From an uncultured Anaerolineaceae bacterium (lineage in GTDB: Bacteria; Chloroflexota; Limnocylindria; Limnocylindrales; CSP1-4), in assembly GCA_964427285.1 (NCBI GenBank), contig CAYRTS010000005.1, positions 3,646 to 67,645 on the forward strand: a stretch of 64,000 nt of DNA, written 5' to 3'. A model generated the notes under the pieces. That model made no database searches and was not told the origin of the DNA. It saw nothing but the letters and a program-made list of their open reading frames with translations. Positions 27,639 through 38,083 of the stretch are shown in pieces. Positions within the stretch are counted from its first letter, which is position 1. The number at the start of each line of letters is the position of its first letter. Made by a program: the position numbers and the translations under genes.

Positions 27639-28193
27639 CTAGCGGCGTGCGGGACGCCGCCGTCGAGCTCCACCGGCCGGCAGGAGGTCCCCACCGGCAT
27701 TATTCGAAGCGGCGCTCAGGGTCAGCGCTTCGATGGGCGCTGGCGCGACCTCGATGGAGCGCCCTGGTCCAACGGCGATCGAGTCGCGCACGAGGACCGG
27801 GACGGCCATGACGGGCCGACCCGGAGCCTGTGCCGGATGCGGATTGGCCGTCGCGGCGAGCGCCGCGAATGGCGAGCCCGCCGGCACCGGGGCCGTGATT
27901 GGCCGGCCAGCTGGCTGCTCGACGACGACCTCGATCTCATCGGTCGAATCCCGCTCAATGGCACACCGGTAACAGCGTGACAGTCGCAGTTCGTTGACGG
28001 ACCGGCACGATTGGCAGACCCAGAAGGCGGCCGCCTCAGCGCGAGTCGACGTCGTCGAGCGGTGGGCCGCGACGATCAGCCGATAGCCGATCAGGGCCGC
28101 CGTGGGACCGGCGAGCAGCATGAGCGCATATGCGATTGGTGGGATCCCTGTGAGGCCGCGCTGCAGGGATTCGACCATCCCGTTGAGATCCAT
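27639..28193 (-). CDS. Hypothetical membrane protein with a RanBP2-type zinc finger
   Basis: N-terminal TM helix, then WVCQSCRSVNELRLSRCYRC. GAGGAG RBS. Confidence 0.7.
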   Translation of the reverse strand: MDLNGMVESLQRGLTGIPPIAYALMLLAGPTAALIGYRLIVAAHRSTTSTRAEAAAFWVCQSCRSVNELRLSRCYRCAIERDSTDEIEVVVEQPAGRPITAPVPAGSPFAALAATANPHPAQAPGRPVMAVPVLVRDSIAVGPGRSIEVAPAPIEALTLSAASNNAGGDLLPAGGARRRRPARR

Positions 28194-28291
28194 TGGCTCC
28201 TCAACCTCTCCCCGGCTCTGGAGTACTGATCACTCGATCACGACGAATGGTACGGCAGCGGGCGCACGATGGCGCACCAGAAATCGAGCCC

Positions 28292-31069
28292 CTATTTGTC
28301 TCGGTCCACGGCGGCCAGGACGGCTTGCGCCGCGGCCAGCCGGGCAACCGGAACGCGAAACGGCGAGCACGACACGTAGTCAAGTCCGATCCGCTCGCAT
28401 TTGTGGATGGACTCCGGATCGCCGCCGTGCTCGCCGCAGATCCCGAGCTCGATGTCCGGCCGCGTCGCCCGACCCTTCTCGACCGCGGTGCGCATCAGCC
28501 CGACAACAGCGTCGTCAAGCGTCTGGAACGGATTGAACGGCAGGATCCCGGTCTCCACGTACTTGAGCAGGAAGCCGCCCTCGGCATCGTCACGGCTGTA
28601 GCCGAAGGTCATCTGGGTGAGATCGTTCGTGCCAAAGCTGAAGAAGGCCGCGTGCTTGGCAATCTCATCCGCCGTCAGGGCGCCGCGGGGCACCTCGATC
28701 ATCGTTCCGAAGACGTATTCGGCATCGACGCCGGCTTTGGCCTCGACGGCCTTCGCCTCCTTCTCGAGGATCGCCTTGGTAACGGCGAGTTCGTTCACGT
28801 GGCCCACGAGCGGGATCATGATCTTCGCCTTTGGATGACCGCCGGTTCGCTGGACCGCGATCAGGGCGTTGAGGATCGCCCGGGTCTGGACCTTGACGAA
28901 ATCCGGGATCATCAGACCCAGACGGCAGCCGCGCAGCCCGAGCATCGGGTTCTGCTCGTGCATGGACTTGATCGTAGCGAGCAGCTCGCGATCCTCGTCG
29001 GTCGCGGCGTCCCCGGCGCGGGTCACCTTGACCAGCTGCTCCTCGAGATTGGGCAGGAATTCGTGCAGTGGCGGGTCGATCAGACGGATCACGACGGGCA
29101 GCCCGTCCATCGCCCGGAAGATCCCCTCGAAGTCGCCCTGCTGGAGCACCTCGAGCTTGGCCATCGCCTGGTCAAACTCGCGAACCGTCCCGGATTCGTC
29201 GGCGCTGAGTTCGGATCCCGCAGCCGCCCGCTCCTTGGCGCGGGTCGCGGCATTCGCCACCAGGATCGCACCCCGGACGATCTCGAGGCGCTCCCCCTCA
29301 CGGAACATGTGCTCCGTGCGGCACAGGCCGATCCCCTGCGCCCCGTAGCTCCGTGCCAGCGCGGCCTCCTCGGGCTTGTCGGCGTTGGTCCAGACCTCCA
29401 TCCGACGGACCTCATCGGCCCAGCCCAGGATTCTCTGGAGCTCCGGCTGATCCTCGAACCGGGCGTCGACGGTTGGCAATGCGCCGACGTACAGCGCACC
29501 GCTCGTCCCATCGAGACTGACCCAGTCACCCTCCTTGAACTCCGTCCCGGTGACGTTGCAATGGGCCTGAGCGCGAGCGTAGTCCACCATCAGGTCTGCC
29601 GAGCCTGCCACGCACGGCTTGCCGATCTGGCGCGCCACGACGGCCGCGTGGGAGGTTGCGCCGCCTCGGGCCGTGATGATCCCCTCGGCCACGGCCATGC
29701 CATGGAAGTCGTCTGGTGATGTCTCGATTCGGACCAGGATCACCTTCTCACCGCGGTTAACCCATTCGACGGCGGTATCGGCGTCGAACACAGCGCGCCC
29801 GACGGCAGCCCCAGGCGACGCGTTCAAGCCGTTGACGATCTTGGCCGCCTTGGCGAGTGCCCCAGGGTCAAACGTGGCGCGGAGCAGCTGGTCAACGTGC
29901 GCGGGCTCGACTCGGCCGATGGCCTCCACCGGTGTGATGAGGCCTTCTTCGACCATGTCCACTGCGATCTTCACCGCGGCTGCGGCGGTTCGCTTCGCCG
30001 ATCGGGTCTGGAGCATGAACAGCTTTCCGCGCTCGATCGTGAACTCGAGGTCCTGGACATCGCGATAGTGCTTCTCGAGCTGCTTGCCGATCCGCAGGAA
30101 TTCCGCGTACACCGCGGGCATCTCGGTCTGCATCTGGCTGATCCGCGGCGCGGTCCGGATCCCGGCCACGACGTCCTCACCCTGGGCGTTGGTCAGGTAC
30201 TCGCCGAAAAGCACCTTCTCGCCCGTGTTCGGGTCACGCGTGAACGCAACGCCGGTGCCTGAATCGTCACCCATGTTGCCAAAGACCATCGTGACCACGT
30301 TCACCGCGGTGCCCAGATCGTGGGCGATCTTCTGGTTGTTGCGGTAATCCACGGCGCGCTTGCCAAACCAGCTGGCGAACACGGCCTTGATCGCCAGGTC
30401 GAGCTGCTCGTAGGGGTCGCTCGGGAAGTCACGACCGGTGTCGTCGCGCACGATTCGCCGGAACTCGTCGACCAGGCTGCGCAGGTCCGCCGCCGTCAGG
30501 TCCGTGTCCTGGTGAACGCCACGGGTGTGCTTGGCGGTCTCGAGCGCCGTGTCGAAACGCTCGCCCTTCACGTCCATCACGATCCGCCCGAACATCCCGA
30601 TGAAGCGCCGGTAGGCATCCCAGCCAAACCGCTCGTTGCCGGTGAGCTTGATCATCCCCTGGAGCGTCTGCTCGTTCAGGCCAAGGTTGAGCACGGTGTC
30701 CATCATTCCAGGCATGGAAAACCTGGCCCCGGATCGAACCGAGACGAGGAGCGGGTCCGCCGCATGGCCAAACCCTTTGCCGGTCAGGGCCTCGACCTCG
30801 TTGACCGCCCCGAGGACGTCCTGCCAGAGGCCATCGGGGAGCGTCCCGCCGGCCGTGAAATAGTCATTGCAGGCTTCGGTCGTGATCGTGAAGCCCGGGG
30901 GGACCGGGAGACCGGCCTTGGTCATCTCGGCGAGCCCGGCTCCCTTGCCGCCGAGCAGGTCGCGCATCGTTGCGTCGCCCTCGGCTTGCCCTCCGCCCCA
31001 GGTGTAGATGTAGCGCTTGGCCGCGTCGTGGGCACGGTCATCATTCGTTGGAGGGGGTGTCGACATCAC
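28292..31069 (-). CDS. ppdK: Pyruvate, phosphate dikinase
   Basis: LLGGKGAGLAEM, LLVSVRSGA, GGATSHAAVVAR (phospho-His), IGLCRTEHMF, SFGTNDLTQ and GICGEHGG. Confidence 0.97.
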   Translation of the reverse strand: MMSTPPPTNDDRAHDAAKRYIYTWGGGQAEGDATMRDLLGGKGAGLAEMTKAGLPVPPGFTITTEACNDYFTAGGTLPDGLWQDVLGAVNEVEALTGKGFGHAADPLLVSVRSGARFSMPGMMDTVLNLGLNEQTLQGMIKLTGNERFGWDAYRRFIGMFGRIVMDVKGERFDTALETAKHTRGVHQDTDLTAADLRSLVDEFRRIVRDDTGRDFPSDPYEQLDLAIKAVFASWFGKRAVDYRNNQKIAHDLGTAVNVVTMVFGNMGDDSGTGVAFTRDPNTGEKVLFGEYLTNAQGEDVVAGIRTAPRISQMQTEMPAVYAEFLRIGKQLEKHYRDVQDLEFTIERGKLFMLQTRSAKRTAAAAVKIAVDMVEEGLITPVEAIGRVEPAHVDQLLRATFDPGALAKAAKIVNGLNASPGAAVGRAVFDADTAVEWVNRGEKVILVRIETSPDDFHGMAVAEGIITARGGATSHAAVVARQIGKPCVAGSADLMVDYARAQAHCNVTGTEFKEGDWVSLDGTSGALYVGALPTVDARFEDQPELQRILGWADEVRRMEVWTNADKPEEAALARSYGAQGIGLCRTEHMFREGERLEIVRGAILVANAATRAKERAAAGSELSADESGTVREFDQAMAKLEVLQQGDFEGIFRAMDGLPVVIRLIDPPLHEFLPNLEEQLVKVTRAGDAATDEDRELLATIKSMHEQNPMLGLRGCRLGLMIPDFVKVQTRAILNALIAVQRTGGHPKAKIMIPLVGHVNELAVTKAILEKEAKAVEAKAGVDAEYVFGTMIEVPRGALTADEIAKHAAFFSFGTNDLTQMTFGYSRDDAEGGFLLKYVETGILPFNPFQTLDDAVVGLMRTAVEKGRATRPDIELGICGEHGGDPESIHKCERIGLDYVSCSPFRVPVARLAAAQAVLAAVDRDK

Positions 31070-31234
31070 GGGTAGGACCTCCGGGAAGGAACGCCCGGCA
31101 ACAGGTTGGCAGGCCGCGGCGACGGGGTGTTCAGCGTGGGGTGGATTGTAGCGTCGCCAGAGCCCCTTCCCGGATTCTCGTCATGTGGGCCAATGCGCCC
31201 CGGTCCGCGCTGGCGGCCGGGTACCATGGCAGAC

Positions 31235-32062
31235 ATGACCGAGCTAGCCCCCGACCCCGCGGCTACGCGCGTCATCGAACCCGACGCGCCGCAGTACAAC
31301 GCCAGCCTCGTCCGTCGCGAGGACCAGCACGCGAGCCTGGCGTATTTCTGGGTCCGCTTCGACGGCGACCCCACCCCGTTCGCACCCGGGCAGTACATGA
31401 CGATCGGCGTCATGGTCGACGGGCGGATCGTGCAGCGGCCCTACTCCGTGGCATCGGCGCCCAGCACTGCCGGGGTGGACGGGTACGAGTTATACGTCCG
31501 CCTCGTCCAGGGCGGTACATTCACGCCGCTGCTCTGGCGCCTGCCCGTCGGCGGCCGCATGCGGATGATCGGTCCGAAAGGCAAGTTCGTCCTGGAGCCC
31601 GATGACGAGCGGATCCACCTGTTCATCTCGTCCGGAACGGGCAACGCGCCGTTCGTGGCGATGATGCGCCAGGCATTGCTGGACGGACACCCACGGCGGG
31701 CCGTCTTTCTCAATGGCGTCTCGTACGAAGCAGACCTGGGGTATCGGTCGCTGCTGGAAGCCTGGCAGGCGTCAGGCTCGTACCCGGTCACGTACGTTCC
31801 AACGGTGTCCCGGCCACGGGATCCAGCAAACGCAGGCTGGACCGGGCGCGTTGGCCGTGTTGAGTCGATCGTCGGCCGGGTGTGCGAAGAGCTGGGGCTC
31901 TCGGCGAACAACTCGATCGCCTACCTGTGCGGCAATCCAGACATGATCCTGTCGACCGAGGCGACCCTGCTGGCGCGTGGCTTCCCCGAAGTGTCGGTCA
32001 AGAAGGAGCTCTACTGGCCACAGGGCAAGGAACCCAGGGGGACCGGTTCAGCGGCGGAGTGA
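31235..32062 (+). CDS. fpr: Ferredoxin/flavodoxin-NADP+ reductase (Fpr-like)
   Basis: FAPGQY, RPYSVAS, SGTGNAPF and YLCGNPDM..KELYW. Start at 31235 (31226 is an alternative). Confidence 0.8.
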   Translation: MTELAPDPAATRVIEPDAPQYNASLVRREDQHASLAYFWVRFDGDPTPFAPGQYMTIGVMVDGRIVQRPYSVASAPSTAGVDGYELYVRLVQGGTFTPLLWRLPVGGRMRMIGPKGKFVLEPDDERIHLFISSGTGNAPFVAMMRQALLDGHPRRAVFLNGVSYEADLGYRSLLEAWQASGSYPVTYVPTVSRPRDPANAGWTGRVGRVESIVGRVCEELGLSANNSIAYLCGNPDMILSTEATLLARGFPEVSVKKELYWPQGKEPRGTGSAAE

Positions 32063-32130
32063 GCGGCCCGGCGCGCAGGGACCGGTCCAGCCGCGGCGAG
32101 TCGCGGCGGGCGACACGGCCTAGACCTAGC

Positions 32131-32229
32131 CTAGCCGGGCCCGGCGACTGCGCTGAATAACCAGATCGCGGCCACAATCCCTGCCGCCGCGGCAGCCACA
32201 ATCGCCATCGGCAGCCAGCGCGGACTCAT
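32131..32229 (-). CDS. 32-aa single-TM small protein
   Basis: MSPRWLPMAIVAAAAAGIVAAIWLFSAVAGPG*. The ATG overlaps the upstream TGA (ATGA). Confidence 0.5.
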   Translation of the reverse strand: MSPRWLPMAIVAAAAAGIVAAIWLFSAVAGPG

Positions 32230-32957
32230 CTGCCGGGCTCCGGTCCGTCGCTGGGCGACCCGAGCACGTGGCGCTTCGCCAGCTCGAATTCCTCGCTCGT
32301 TAGGTCGCCGCGCCGGCGAAGATCCGCGAGCCGTTCGATGCGGTCGACGACATCTGCGGGGGGCACCGGGGCACCATCGGGTCGAGGCAACGGTTCCCGC
32401 TCCTGTGCGGGCCCGGCGGGCGGCGCTGACAACCGCGCCGACCCGAAGAGCGGCGTACCTTGTCGGGCCCCCAGCTGCGCTCGCCCGGAGCGGACCACGC
32501 CCGGCGCTCTCCAGGCGACCACCAGCGGCAGGCCACCCATGACCACGAACATCACGCCCGGGATCAGCCACCCAAGCTCGGGTCCCTCGCCGAGGCCAGC
32601 GGGCGGCGTCGCGCCCAGCTCCAGGAAGTTCCAACCGAGGCTGAGGAAGAGGCCGGGCCAGGCCAGCAGCGGGAGAAACATCCAGCTGCCACCGATCAAC
32701 GCGCCGGCCCACAGCCCGAGACCACCGAACCCGAACAGGCCGAAGATCCCGAGCATCATCGACATCGCCACCCCGTCCGGGCAAGGCTGGACGGAGACAT
32801 ATGGCCCGCCGTCGGCGCACGCACCGCCGACTGCCATGACCGCCCGCATCCCCAGCCACAGGAGCGTGACGCACGCGGCGAGCCCGAACGCCGAGACGAG
32901 CAACCCGAGAATCGCTCGACGCGACGGGGCACTCAGAGCCGATGCGCCGAAGGTCAT
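32226..32957 (-). CDS. Membrane protein with a C-terminal SHOCT domain
   Basis: About four TM helices and C-terminal VVDRIERLADLRRRGDLTSEEFELAKRHVLG. Confidence 0.8.
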   Translation of the reverse strand: MTFGASALSAPSRRAILGLLVSAFGLAACVTLLWLGMRAVMAVGGACADGGPYVSVQPCPDGVAMSMMLGIFGLFGFGGLGLWAGALIGGSWMFLPLLAWPGLFLSLGWNFLELGATPPAGLGEGPELGWLIPGVMFVVMGGLPLVVAWRAPGVVRSGRAQLGARQGTPLFGSARLSAPPAGPAQEREPLPRPDGAPVPPADVVDRIERLADLRRRGDLTSEEFELAKRHVLGSPSDGPEPGR

Positions 32958-32958
32958 G

Positions 32959-34371
32959 TCAGGAGCGAGCCGCGTCCAGTCGATCGAGGATGAGCCGGGT
33001 CACGCCTTCGACCGGCACACGCTCCTGGATCATCGAATCGCGATCGCGGACCGTGACCGCGCCGTCCTCCAGTGAGTCCACATCGACGGTCACGCACCAC
33101 GGCGTCCCGATTTCGTCCTGGCGCCGGTACAGTTTGCCGATCGCCGCGGTGTCGTCGTAAACCGCCATCGTGTGCCGCTGCAGGTCCGCCTTGATCCGGT
33201 GGCAGAGCTCAACGATCTCGGGACGCTTCTTGAGCAGCGGCAGCACGGCGACCTTGTACGGCGCGAGGTCCGGATGGAGGGCCAACGAGACCCGCGTCTC
33301 GCCGCGGACCTCCTCCTCGCGGTAGGCGTCGATCAGGAACGTGAACGCTGCCCGATCCGCGCCGGCGGCGGTCTCGATCACCCACGGAACCACGTGCTCA
33401 TTGGTCGCCTGGTCGAAGTACTCGAGGGTCTCGCCGCTCGCCTCGGCATGGCGCGACAGGTCGAAGTCGCCCCGGTTGTGGACCCCTTCGAGCTCCTTCC
33501 AGCCGAACGGGAAGCGGTATTCGACATCGATCGCCTTCTTCGCATAGTGGGCAAGCTCATCCGGAGCGTGTTCGCGGAGGCGCAGCCGGGATGGCGTCAC
33601 GCCGTAGCGCTCGTACCAGGCGAGGCGTTTCGGGAGCCATTCTTCGAACGCGGCCGCCGCGTCGGCTTCTGGACGGACGAAGTACTGCATCTCCATCTGC
33701 TCGAACTCGCGCATCCGGAAGACGAAGTTGCCTGGCGAGATCTCGTTGCGAAATGACTTGCCAATCTGGGCGATCCCGAACGGGAGCTTCTTGCGCGATG
33801 ACTGCTGGACATTCTTGAAGTTCACGTAGGAGCCCTGCGCCGTCTCCGGGCGCAGGTAGATCACCGCAGCGTCCTCCTCGACCGGGCCCATGAACGTCTT
33901 GAACATGAGATTGAAGCGGCGCGGCGCCGAGAGCGGTCCGCCATCATTGGGGCAGCGCAGGCCAAGGCGTTCCACGATCCCCTCGTCGCGGAGGTCCGTG
34001 GCGCTCAGGTCCTCCGCCCCTGATAGCTCATCGAGCCGATAACGCCGCCGGCAAGTCGCGCACTCGACCAGTGGGTCGCTGAAGCTCCCGACGTGGCCGG
34101 ATGTCACCCAGACCTGGGGGTGCATCAGGATCCCCGCGTCCAGCCCGACGATGTCGTCGCGCTCCTGGACCATCGCCCGCCACCACGCCCGCTTGACATT
34201 GTTCTTGAGCTCCACGCCCAAGGGTCCGTAGTCCCACACGGCATTGATCCCGCCGTAGATCTCGGACGACGGGAAGATGAACCCGCGTCGCTTGGACAGG
34301 GATACGATCGTGTCGAGATTGGCCACGGCAGGAGCTATGTCGTTCGCGTCGGTGGTCGGGACGTCGGTCAC
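32959..34371 (-). CDS. glyQS: Glycine--tRNA ligase, alpha2 (homodimeric) type
   Basis: KRRGFIFPSSEIYGG, YLRPETAQG, FRNEISP..FRMREFEQME, ELEGVHNRGDFDL, and anticodon domain IGKLYRRQDEIGTP. Confidence 0.96.
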   Translation of the reverse strand: MTDVPTTDANDIAPAVANLDTIVSLSKRRGFIFPSSEIYGGINAVWDYGPLGVELKNNVKRAWWRAMVQERDDIVGLDAGILMHPQVWVTSGHVGSFSDPLVECATCRRRYRLDELSGAEDLSATDLRDEGIVERLGLRCPNDGGPLSAPRRFNLMFKTFMGPVEEDAAVIYLRPETAQGSYVNFKNVQQSSRKKLPFGIAQIGKSFRNEISPGNFVFRMREFEQMEMQYFVRPEADAAAAFEEWLPKRLAWYERYGVTPSRLRLREHAPDELAHYAKKAIDVEYRFPFGWKELEGVHNRGDFDLSRHAEASGETLEYFDQATNEHVVPWVIETAAGADRAAFTFLIDAYREEEVRGETRVSLALHPDLAPYKVAVLPLLKKRPEIVELCHRIKADLQRHTMAVYDDTAAIGKLYRRQDEIGTPWCVTVDVDSLEDGAVTVRDRDSMIQERVPVEGVTRLILDRLDAARS

Positions 34372-34423
34372 AGGGGTCTCCGGGCGATCTGAGTGGGCCG
34401 CCCGATGCTACCAGAGGCGCTGC

Positions 34424-34849
34424 TCAGCCCAGCCGCCAGCGCGTCGGGGTCACACGAATGGCCAGCGGGTACTCGGCGGCAAACCACTCGGGCGTCCAAC
34501 CATACCCCGCGATCATGTCGGCGTACTTCGCCCGGTACGCCGGGTGCTGGTCGGCGCGCGGACCAACCGTGTCGATGCGGGCCGCTCCCTCCATCGACAC
34601 GTGGTCGCCACCGGCCACATCGGTGTGCAGGTTGAATGCGACCCGCGGGTTGTCCTCGAGGTTGCCGTTACGCGGCGCGCGTCTGTGCGAGTAGACCAGA
34701 ACCTTGCCGGACTCCCACAGGAACCAGATCGCGGATGCCTGGGGCTGACCATCCGGGTTGACGCTCGTCAGCCAGCCGATCTTTTCCGTCGCCAGACGTT
34801 CCAGGGCACGCCTGCCGAGCTCCGTCGTCGGATCGAGGGTCGTGCTCAT
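34424..34849 (-). CDS. PPOX-class (probably F420-dependent) split-barrel oxidoreductase
   Basis: GWLTSVNPDGQPQASAIWF..NLEDNPRVA pattern. Confidence 0.8.
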   Translation of the reverse strand: MSTTLDPTTELGRRALERLATEKIGWLTSVNPDGQPQASAIWFLWESGKVLVYSHRRAPRNGNLEDNPRVAFNLHTDVAGGDHVSMEGAARIDTVGPRADQHPAYRAKYADMIAGYGWTPEWFAAEYPLAIRVTPTRWRLG

Positions 34850-35622
34850 CAGCGTGCCACGGGAACGTGCCGAACCTCATCGAGAAAGGCGAGCGAGCGC
34901 GCCTCGCGCTCGAGGGCGCCGCGAACGAAGTCACGCAGGGCCACCTCCGTCTCGCGCTCCACGGACTGAGCCAGGCGGAGCGCGGCGATCGCCTCGATAT
35001 CCAGGCGCTGGTAGGCCTTGAGGAGCTTGAGCGCGTCCAGCGTCAGGCCAGTTCGGTCGTGGCCGGGCCCCGGGCAGCGCTCGCACAACACGCCGCCGAG
35101 CGGCGGCACCCAGCGGAATCGTTCGCTCGACTCAAGCATGCGGTCGCACTCCACGCATCGATCCACCTCAGGACGCTGCCCGAGCTCGTCGAGCAGGTGC
35201 ATCTCGAACCAGCGGGCCACCCGGCCCGGGGCCATCCCGGCATCCAGCAATTCGTAGGCGCGCCGGAGCAGCGCGTACAGGGGCGCGGCGGGATGGCGCT
35301 CCTCGAGTGAGCGGTCGGCCAGCTCGGCGAGATACCAGGCCGTGGCGGTGGCTTCGAGCGAGTCGCGCAGCTTGAGCCAGGCATGATCCACGCTGACCTG
35401 GGTGACGACATCGAACGTTCGTCCGCGGGCGAGGGCAACGGTCAGCTCGGCAAACGGTTCGAGGCTGCCGCCCAGGCGCGACGTGGGCCGTCGAATCCCC
35501 TTGGCGATCGCCTTGAGCTTGCCGACGGTCGGGGTGATCAGGGTGAGGACCCGATCCGCCTCCCCGAGGTTGAACCGCGACAGGACGATCGCCTCGGTCG
35601 TGTAGCGGCGCGGGATGGGCAT
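34849..35622 (-). CDS. recO: DNA repair protein RecO
   Basis: MPIPRRYTTEAIVL..GEADRVLTL..KAIAKGIR, C4 zinc site CVEC..LCERC. Confidence 0.95.
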   Translation of the reverse strand: MPIPRRYTTEAIVLSRFNLGEADRVLTLITPTVGKLKAIAKGIRRPTSRLGGSLEPFAELTVALARGRTFDVVTQVSVDHAWLKLRDSLEATATAWYLAELADRSLEERHPAAPLYALLRRAYELLDAGMAPGRVARWFEMHLLDELGQRPEVDRCVECDRMLESSERFRWVPPLGGVLCERCPGPGHDRTGLTLDALKLLKAYQRLDIEAIAALRLAQSVERETEVALRDFVRGALEREARSLAFLDEVRHVPVAR

Positions 35623-35709
35623 GGGCGCGACGGTAGCACCGCTTGCGTCGACGCGGACTGCGACCAACAGGCTACCTGCGCAGTACACGTTTCAGGTACA
35701 CTCGCGGCG

Positions 35710-36735
35710 ATGGCGACCACATCGAGCGACCTTGACCTGGGCCGGCTCATCGCCGATACCGAAGCAGAAATCGGTCGTCTTGTCGGCGACCAGGATCCGT
35801 CGACGCGCGGCCTCTACGAGATGGTCCGCTACCACCTGGCACTCGACGGCTCCGGGGCGTCGGGCGGCAAGCGGATTCGGCCGCTCCTGGGCCTGCTCGC
35901 CTTCGCCAGCATCACCGGCGACCACCAACTGGCGCTGCCGGGCGCCGCGGCCGTGGAACTTGGCCACAATTTCTCGCTGGTCCACGATGACATCGAGGAC
36001 GGTGACACGGAACGGCGCCATCGGGCCACCCTGTGGACGGTCTACGGGGTTCCGCAGGCGATCAATACCGGCGACGCGCTGTTCAGCCTGTCCCGGATCG
36101 CGCTGCATCGCCTGACGGACCTCGGATTTCCGGACGCCAAGGTCCTGCGCCTGATGCGGCTGTTTGACCAGACCTGCATGCGGTTGTGCGAGGGCCAGTA
36201 CCTCGACATCGCGATGAGCGGGTCCGATGACCTGATGACCGTCGAGCTCTACTTCGACATGATCGGGCGCAAGACGGCCGCGCTCATCGCCGCATCCATC
36301 GAGTCGGGCGCCCTGCTGGCCACCGACGACGAGGCCGTGATCGGCCGCTATCGCGAGTTCGGCTGGTCGCTCGGCATTGCGTTCCAGCTCAATGACGACC
36401 TGCTGGGGATCTGGGGCCACGAGGAGGCGACGGGCAAGGAACCGTCAGACGTGGCGCACAAGAAGAAGACCCTGCCGGTGATCTACGCCTATGAGCACGC
36501 GGGCGCGGACGACCGCGCCCGGCTCGCCGCCCTGTACGCGAGTCCCGACCTGGATGGGCCGGAAGTCGCCGAGATCATCGCGATCCTCGAGCGCAGTGGC
36601 GCGCGCGAATACACCCGCGACCAGGCCCGCCAGTACCGCGACGCCGCGCTGACTGCCCTCGATGCCGCCGGAGTCGTCGAGCCGGGCGCGCGCAGACATC
36701 TCGAGGAGATCATCGTCTCGGTGATCAGCGCGTAG
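35710..36735 (+). CDS. Short-chain polyprenyl diphosphate synthase (IdsA/GGPP-synthase type)
   Basis: GGKRIRP, NFSLVHDDIED (Phe five residues before the first Asp-rich motif), GQYLD, KTAAL and FQLNDDLLG. Confidence 0.9.
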   Translation: MATTSSDLDLGRLIADTEAEIGRLVGDQDPSTRGLYEMVRYHLALDGSGASGGKRIRPLLGLLAFASITGDHQLALPGAAAVELGHNFSLVHDDIEDGDTERRHRATLWTVYGVPQAINTGDALFSLSRIALHRLTDLGFPDAKVLRLMRLFDQTCMRLCEGQYLDIAMSGSDDLMTVELYFDMIGRKTAALIAASIESGALLATDDEAVIGRYREFGWSLGIAFQLNDDLLGIWGHEEATGKEPSDVAHKKKTLPVIYAYEHAGADDRARLAALYASPDLDGPEVAEIIAILERSGAREYTRDQARQYRDAALTALDAAGVVEPGARRHLEEIIVSVISA

Positions 36736-36745
36736 CTCGCACGCT

Positions 36746-38083
36746 CTACCGGTCCGCCTCGTCATCGAGGGGCCGGGCGATGTCGCGATCGCGGACCGCC
36801 AGCACCTTGCCGACCCGCCGCCCGTCGGTCGTCTCGACCGTCAGGGTGAGGCCCTCGACCATCACCTGGTCGCCAGGAGTCGGCACGCCACCGATCCGGT
36901 GATAGATCAGGCCGCCCACGGTGTCGTATTCGTCCGCATCCTCGAGACTCAGCGTGATGTGGAACAACTCGGCCAGGTCGTCGACATCGGCACGTCCATC
37001 GATCCGCGCCTCGTCATCGGAGAGCTTGACGATCAGGGGTTCCTCCTCGTCGTACTCGTCCTGGATCTCCCCGACGATCTCCTCAAGCAGGTCTTCGATG
37101 GTGACCATGCCGGCCGTCCCGCCGTATTCGTCGAGCACGATCGCGATGTGGACCTTGCTCCGTTGGAATTGATGGAGCAGGTCATCCACGCTCATCGACT
37201 CGGGCACAAAGGCCGGCGTCCGCAACATGGTCCGCAGCGGCGGCGGGTCGCCCGCTGCATCCTTGAGGAACGGCAGCAGGTCCTTGGCGTACAGGATGCC
37301 CAGGATCTTGTCGATGGACTCACCGTAGACCGGGATCCGGCTGTGACCCTCGTCAACGACGGTATCAATCGCCTGCGCGATGGTCGCGTCCGCCGCCAGG
37401 GTCACCATGGCGATCCGCGGGACCATCACCTCGTGGAGACGCTGGCTCCCAAGCTCGATGACCGCGTGGATCATCTGCTCTTCCTCGGCCTCCAGGACAC
37501 CCTGCTGGCCCCCCTGCTGGATGATGAGGCGGATCTCCTCGGCACTGATCCGCTCGTCCGCGGCCACATCCGCACGGAACAGCCGGCTGATCCGCCGCGT
37601 GGTCCAGGTCAGGAACCCGACCAGCGGGCCCAGGACGACGCCGAGGACTTCGATGAACCGGCTGGTCGACATGGCCACCCGTTCGGCATGGGCCAATCCA
37701 ATCTGCTTGGGCACCAGCTCGCCAAAGATGATCGTGAAGATCGTCAGGAGCCCGGTCACGACGATCAGGGCGATCCCGCCCGCGACACTCGCCAGCGGCC
37801 CGAACGCGGCCAGCCATAGCTCCAGTCCGCCAACGAGGCTGACCGCGGCAAACGCGGAGGCAAGGAACCCGAGGAAGTTGATCCCGATCTGGATGACCGC
37901 CAGGAACCGGCCCGGGTTCTCCTTTAGCCGCTGGACGCGGCGGGCGTCACGACGGCCCTCGTCGATGAGCTGCTGGATCCGGCTGCGCCGGATGGTGACC
38001 AGCGCGATCTCCGTCGCCGAGAAGATCCCGTTGAGCAGGACGAGGACGACGATGATGCCGAGCTCGACGAACGACCCGTTCAT
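36746..38083 (-). CDS. Hemolysin-family CNNM/CBS/CorC protein
   Basis: DUF21 (GELVPK), CBS pair ([17 protein letters not shown]) and CorC_HlyC (YDTVGG). Confidence 0.92.
   Translation of the reverse strand: MNGSFVELGIIVVLVLLNGIFSATEIALVTIRRSRIQQLIDEGRRDARRVQRLKENPGRFLAVIQIGINFLGFLASAFAAVSLVGGLELWLAAFGPLASVAGGIALIVVTGLLTIFTIIFGELVPKQIGLAHAERVAMSTSRFIEVLGVVLGPLVGFLTWTTRRISRLFRADVAADERISAEEIRLIIQQGGQQGVLEAEEEQMIHAVIELGSQRLHEVMVPRIAMVTLAADATIAQAIDTVVDEGHSRIPVYGESIDKILGILYAKDLLPFLKDAAGDPPPLRTMLRTPAFVPESMSVDDLLHQFQRSKVHIAIVLDEYGGTAGMVTIEDLLEEIVGEIQDEYDEEEPLIVKLSDDEARIDGRADVDDLAELFHITLSLEDADEYDTVGGLIYHRIGGVPTPGDQVMVEGLTLTVETTDGRRVGKVLAVRDRDIARPLDDEADR

Noticed and set aside
34372-34423. T-box riboswitch upstream of glyQS
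   Set aside because: The spacer is 52 nt and lacks a T-box sequence.
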